Below, piece by piece: positions 62,823 to 64,000 of a stretch of 64,000 nucleotides of DNA. The notes under the pieces were generated by a model. The model saw only the letters and a program-made list of their open reading frames with translations. It was not told where the DNA came from and did no database searches. Both the position numbers and the translations under genes were made by a program. The stretch comes from Squalus acanthias (Eukaryota): NCBI GenBank assembly GCA_030390025.1, contig CM059432.1, positions 27,344,001-27,408,000 on the forward strand. Reading direction: 5' to 3'. Each line of letters starts with the position of its first letter. The stretch's first letter is position 1.

Positions 62823-64000
62823 ATTTTAAATAAATCTGTTGGACTATAACCTGGTGTTGTGCGACTTCTCATTTTTGTCCACCCCAGTCCAACGCCGGCA
62901 TCTCCACATCATGACCTCTATTTATGAAGCCTAAGATCCCATATGCTTTGTTAACCACTCTTTCAATATGTCCTGCCACCTTCAGGGACCTATGCACAAT
63001 AACTCCCAGGTCCCTCTGTCCCTGCACACTCTTTAAAACTGTGCCATTAAGTGTATATTGCCTCTCCCTGTTCCTTCTGCCAAAATGCATCACCTCACAC
63101 TTCTCTGTATTAAATTCCATCTGCCACTTGTCTGCCCATTTTACTAGTCTTTCTATGTCCTGTTGCAGTCGATTGGTATCATCATCACTGTTTGCCACAC
63201 CCCCAAGTTTGGTGTCATCGACAAATTTAGAAATTCTACTCTGCATTCCAATATCCAGGTCATTTATATATATCAAAAAAAGCAGTGGCCCCAGCACTGA
63301 CCCTTGGGGAACACCACTGACTACCATCCTCCAGTCTGAAAAACAGCCATTTACCACAACTCACTGTTTTCTGTCCTTAAGCCAATTCCATATCCAATCT
63401 GCCACTGACCCACCTATTCCGTGAGCCTCAATTTTGTTAACCAGCCTTCTATGTTGTACTTTGTCAAACGCCTTCTGAAAATCCATGTAGACAACATCCA
63501 TTGCATTCCCTTCATCAATCCTCTCTGTTACTTCATCAAAAAATTCAATTAGATTAGTCAAACACGATCTGCCTTTTACAAATCCGTGTTGGCGCTCCTT
63601 AATTAGCTTAAACCTCTCCAAGTGCCCGTTAATTTTTTCCTTGATTATAGTTTCTAAAACTTTACCCACCACTGATGTTAAACTGACCGGCCTGTAGTTA
63701 CTAGGATTGTCCTTACACCCTATTTTGAACAATGGTGTCACATTTGCCACTTTCCAATCCATAGGCACCTCCCCCGCATCTAGGGAAGTTTAGAAAATTA
63801 TGGCAAGCCCTTTCGCTATCTCCTCCCCCAGTTCCCTTAGCAACCTGGGATGCAAGCCACCTGGACCAGGCGACTTGTCCACTCTAAGCATAGCCAGCCT
63901 TTCTAGTACATCCTGTCTATCAATTTTCACCCCTTCCATTGCTTCTAGCTTTTCCACTTCTACCGATATTTTGTCAGCATCCACCTCCTTAGTAAACACC

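Larger units (their letters stand above)
62668..62913 (+). mobile_element. Penelope-like palindromic mini-element (family 1) with two hammerhead motifs
   Basis: Spacer-less palindrome 62666-62873 centred on gaa|ttc (62769/62770), one mismatch seen. One-sided tail to 62913. Exact 15-bp TSD acctctatttatgaa (62653-62667, 62914-62928). Confidence 0.9.
62046..64000 (-). mobile_element. CR1 ORF2 (RT) copy running off the window, interrupted by a PLE palindrome
   Basis: NYRPVSLT, QHGF, GVPQGSVLGP, KFVDD, FFTQQVV; gagtcata tail. Confidence 0.92.

Overview
Vertebrate genomic DNA, most likely a shark or other cartilaginous fish (inferred from the repeat families present). One host gene is supported: a + strand ST3GAL1-like alpha-2,3-sialyltransferase. 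Four coding exons (30520-30798, 55305-55498, 59222-59401, 60423-60468) have GT-AG junctions and splice in frame to 233 codons; the gene continues past the window end. Most of the rest is nested, decayed transposable elements: CR1 LINEs (two near full length), a second LINE family, Deu-domain tRNA SINEs, PIF/Harbinger elements and MITEs, one hAT MITE, two solo LTRs, Gypsy and possible DIRS remnants, and Penelope-like elements (PLEs). The strongest unusual signal is a set of small PLE-derived fold-back insertions with 12-15 bp target duplications. Two of them are 208-246 bp near-perfect palindromes carrying a minimal hammerhead-ribozyme motif on each strand, and they lie in introns of the gene. 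Harbinger-type MITEs also show a shared target preference, including two different elements inserted at the same codon of two CR1 copies. Boundaries without a stated TSD are approximate.
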